NCBI GenBank assembly: GCA_945861645.1
Contig: CAMAVZ010000004.1
Span: 18,777-82,776, forward strand
Reading direction: 5' to 3'
Source of the DNA: Opitutus sp. GAS368
GTDB lineage: Bacteria > Verrucomicrobiota > Verrucomicrobiia > Opitutales > Opitutaceae
Length of the DNA stretch: 64,000 nucleotides
Positions 61,562 to 64,000 of the stretch are shown in pieces. The translations under genes and the position numbers were made by a program. The notes under the pieces are model-generated. The model did no database searches and was not told the origin of the DNA. It saw only the letters and a program-made list of their open reading frames with translations. Every line of letters starts with the position of its first letter. The stretch's first letter is position 1.

Positions 61562-61597
61562 AAAAACACAAAGGCCGCTCACCCCTGAGCGGCCTTT
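61562..61597 (-). terminator. Intrinsic terminator hairpin (strongest on the minus strand)
   Basis: AAAGGCCGCTCA-cccc-TGAGCGGCCTTT. The minus strand continues TTTGTGTTTTT. Confidence 0.75.
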
Positions 61598-61952
61598 AAC
61601 CCTAACCTAACACCAAATAACCCTTGAACTACATTGCGTAAGATGCGGCCGGCGCGAGAACGTTCAAAGATTTATAAGCCAAGCGCCTGCGCCAATTCTA
61701 GGGCAGAAAATGCCCCGGGGTCTTGTCCGCGATGTGCAAATTGACCGCACCATCATGCTGGTGATGGGGTGTCCATGCAGCGAAATATCGAGTGTTTCGC
61801 TGCATGCATATACCTGGCGCCGATTTTGGGGGACTAACAGACTCAGGTCGGAGTCGGAGAGCGGTGTTGCATAGCGGCGAGTATACTTTTTTTGTTTTAT
61901 TGTATGTAAAACTCGCTTGCCCTTTATTAGTAAGACCGTGAGTTAGTAAGCC

Positions 61953-62471
61953 TTGCTGCAATCCGATAACTCTAAATGGTTTACCGCTGAACTCGCTCCC
62001 CATGAGCAAGCTCTGAGGGCTTATCTTCGCGGCCTGGTCAACCCCTCGGAGATCGATGATATTGTGCAAGAAACCTATGTGCGTTTGCTCCGCGCGCGCG
62101 ATCGCGGCAACATTGTTTCACCTCGTGGGCTGCTTTTTGCCACTGCCCGCAATGCCGCGCGCGATTTGTTTCGTCGTCGGACTACGGCTAATACGATTTC
62201 CGTAGCGGAAATCGACGAGGCGCGCGTCATCGACAATGCTCCTAATGCCGCCGAGATTGCAGATCGCCATCAGCAGACCGACCTTCTGGCGGCTGCGATC
62301 GCGGAGCTGCCGCCGCGCTGCCGTGAGATACTTGTTTTGCGTAAATTTGAAAACCTCTCCCATCGCGAAATCGCCCAAAAGCTTGGCATCTCCCAGCACA
62401 CGGTGGAATCGCAGCTGACCAAGGCGCTGCATCGCTGCGTGGAATTTTTTGCCCGACGCGGTCTACCCTAA
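61953..62471 (+). CDS. ECF sigma factor (FecI-like)
   Basis: DDIVQETYVRL, LFATARN, LPPRCREIL and SHREIA..LGIS..TVESQL. Confidence 0.93.
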   Translation: MLQSDNSKWFTAELAPHEQALRAYLRGLVNPSEIDDIVQETYVRLLRARDRGNIVSPRGLLFATARNAARDLFRRRTTANTISVAEIDEARVIDNAPNAAEIADRHQQTDLLAAAIAELPPRCREILVLRKFENLSHREIAQKLGISQHTVESQLTKALHRCVEFFARRGLP

Positions 62472-62474
62472 GCT

Positions 62475-63500
62475 ATGAATCCTGATTCATCCGATTCTCC
62501 TGTTGAGATGCTCTCTGCCACTGCCGCGGGCTGGACTGTGCGTCGCGATCGGGGCCTTTCTGCGGCGGAATCCATTGAATACGAGCTCTGGCTCGCGGCC
62601 GATCCGCGCCACGCCGCTGCCATGAAGCTTTCGTCAGCTGCCTGGTCGAGCCTCGATGGTTTGCCTGAAAGCGTCGCCATTCCCGTGCTGGCTGCCGCTC
62701 GCCGGCACCATTCGTTTTGGCGTCAGACGATCATCGCGAGCACCTTGGCGGCCGCCGCCGCTCTGGCGATCGGCGTATTTGTTTGGTCGCGTCATGCGCC
62801 CGCTGATCCAGCCAGTGTTTTTAGCGCGCACAGTGCGCCACGCACTGTGACGCTCACAGACGGCTCATTCGTGCAACTCAACATCGACAGTCAAGTTGTT
62901 GAACAGTTTACCGCCAGCGAACGTCACGTCCTTCTCGTTCAGGGTGAAGCGCACTTCAGCGTCACGAAAAATCCCGCACGTCCGTTCATCGTTCGTGCCG
63001 GTGCACTTCAGGTTCGCGCGGTCGGCACCGCTTTTAATATTAAACTGCAATCCTCGGTTGTTGATGTCATCGTCACCGAAGGACGCGTTCAAGTTGCCTC
63101 GGCCGCGGACTCGGTTAGCTCGGCAACTGGCTCGGCGCTAAATGCTGGGGGGCGGGCTATCCTGCGGGGTACTTTACCGGTTGCGACTGATTTGAGCCAC
63201 GCGCTCGTTTGCTCCCAGTTGGCGCCCACTGAGATTGTGCGTGCTTTGGCTTGGCGCGAGCCGCTCCTTCGGCTTGGTGGCGCTACGCTGGCCGAGCTGG
63301 CGCTTGAGTTTGAACGCAGCACGGGGCGACGTCTCGTGTTTGCCGATCCTACGATTGCCGAACTCCGTTTTGGTGGGCGCTTTCGCGCAGGCGACCTCGA
63401 AGGATTTACGCAGGTTTTGGCCAATACCTTAGATATCGAAGTCGAGTACGCGGCGGATGGAACTATTACTTTGAGGAAAAAAAATCCACTTTCCCGATAA
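62475..63500 (+). CDS. FecR-family anti-sigma factor / sensor
   Basis: AAGW...WLAADPRH, one TM segment, L.DGS..LN, GEAHF.V, VRAVGTAF and V.V.EGRV. Confidence 0.93.
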   Translation: MNPDSSDSPVEMLSATAAGWTVRRDRGLSAAESIEYELWLAADPRHAAAMKLSSAAWSSLDGLPESVAIPVLAAARRHHSFWRQTIIASTLAAAAALAIGVFVWSRHAPADPASVFSAHSAPRTVTLTDGSFVQLNIDSQVVEQFTASERHVLLVQGEAHFSVTKNPARPFIVRAGALQVRAVGTAFNIKLQSSVVDVIVTEGRVQVASAADSVSSATGSALNAGGRAILRGTLPVATDLSHALVCSQLAPTEIVRALAWREPLLRLGGATLAELALEFERSTGRRLVFADPTIAELRFGGRFRAGDLEGFTQVLANTLDIEVEYAADGTITLRKKNPLSR

Positions 63501-63503
63501 CGG

Positions 63504-64000
63504 ATGTTACACTTTGTTGCGTCTTCCTCTCGCCGTCGACTTACGAGTCGATGGGTTGCCCCCCAGATTTCAACCCTTCTTGGCCAGCGAGTCGGCTTTA
63601 TCAGCCCGCTCCTGGTGCTCCTGCTAATTTTCTGTTTTGGTGGACGGGCCTCGTTCCTTATTGGCGCCGAACCCGTTCGCCAGACCTTTGCCCTCGCGGC
63701 GGGGGATGCAGAAATCATGTTGGAGAAATTCTCTGAGCAAGCCGGCGTGCAAATCGTCTACATGCTTGGTGAAGTGCGTGGTGTGAAAACTAATCCGGTC
63801 CAAGGTGCCTATGCGATACGTGAGGCGCTCGATCGGTTGGTTGCTCGCACGGCGCTGAGGGTGGAGGTCGAAGGGAAAACCGGAGCTTACGTGATTAAGC
63901 GTGAACGCACCCCGCAGTCACCCACGCCGCTGCCGCCAGTGCCCAGTGCCCCCCCCAACCCCACCATGAAAAAATCATCCCGCACAATCCTCGCTGTCCT
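63504..64000 (+). CDS. TonB-dependent receptor/transducer N-terminus (STN signalling domain), truncated by the window end
   Basis: Manually translated open frame: signal-like segment, then FALAAGDAEIMLEKFSEQAGVQIVY...TNPVQGAYAIREALDRLV and a Pro-rich linker. Follows fecI-fecR. Exact start uncertain. Confidence 0.8.
   Translation, partial: MLHFVASSSRRRLTSRWVAPQISTLLGQRVGFISPLLVLLLIFCFGGRASFLIGAEPVRQTFALAAGDAEIMLEKFSEQAGVQIVYMLGEVRGVKTNPVQGAYAIREALDRLVARTALRVEVEGKTGAYVIKRERTPQSPTPLPPVPSAPPNPTMKKSSRTILAV

Noticed and set aside
61480-61670. LexA box upstream of the SRAP gene
   Set aside because: Only GAACGTTC with no spacer was seen; no match to TGTTC-N4-GAACA or other LexA-type palindromes.
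61698-62069. 123-aa minus-strand ORF
   Set aside because: It overlaps the ECF sigma gene and its AT-rich upstream region and has no recognisable motifs.

Overview
A moderately GC-rich bacterial chromosome segment made up mostly of housekeeping genes. Gene content and style suggest Verrucomicrobiota (Opitutaceae-like); this is an inference, not a database result. Core genes include hemW, priA, argH, mutL, glgP, a NupC-type transporter, folA, ald, recF, ruvC, hemH, gpmI, aspS, thrS, cysS, hemB, pyrD, cysE, tsaE, thiL, pyrR-pyrB-pyrC and tRNA-Leu(GAG). A P-II/amtB/P-II nitrogen locus with a sigma-54 promoter is followed by a four-gene hydroxyproline catabolic cluster. The window ends in an ECF sigma/FecR/TonB-dependent receptor module. 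The most unusual signal is a GxxExxY (PD-(D/E)XK-like) gene inserted between pyrB and pyrC and tightly bracketed by 29-bp inverted repeats with 9-bp internal periodicity. Related ORF-less copies of that repeat occur between thrS and cysS and in a ~400-bp mosaic array of 7-, 8- and 9-bp periodic repeats upstream of pyrR. Together these suggest a small transposase-less cassette/repeat system. Other candidates are an in-frame second signal-peptide start in the TonB receptor, a GU-rich small RNA and two long intergenic hairpins. No CRISPR array, rRNA, integrase or canonical transposase was seen.
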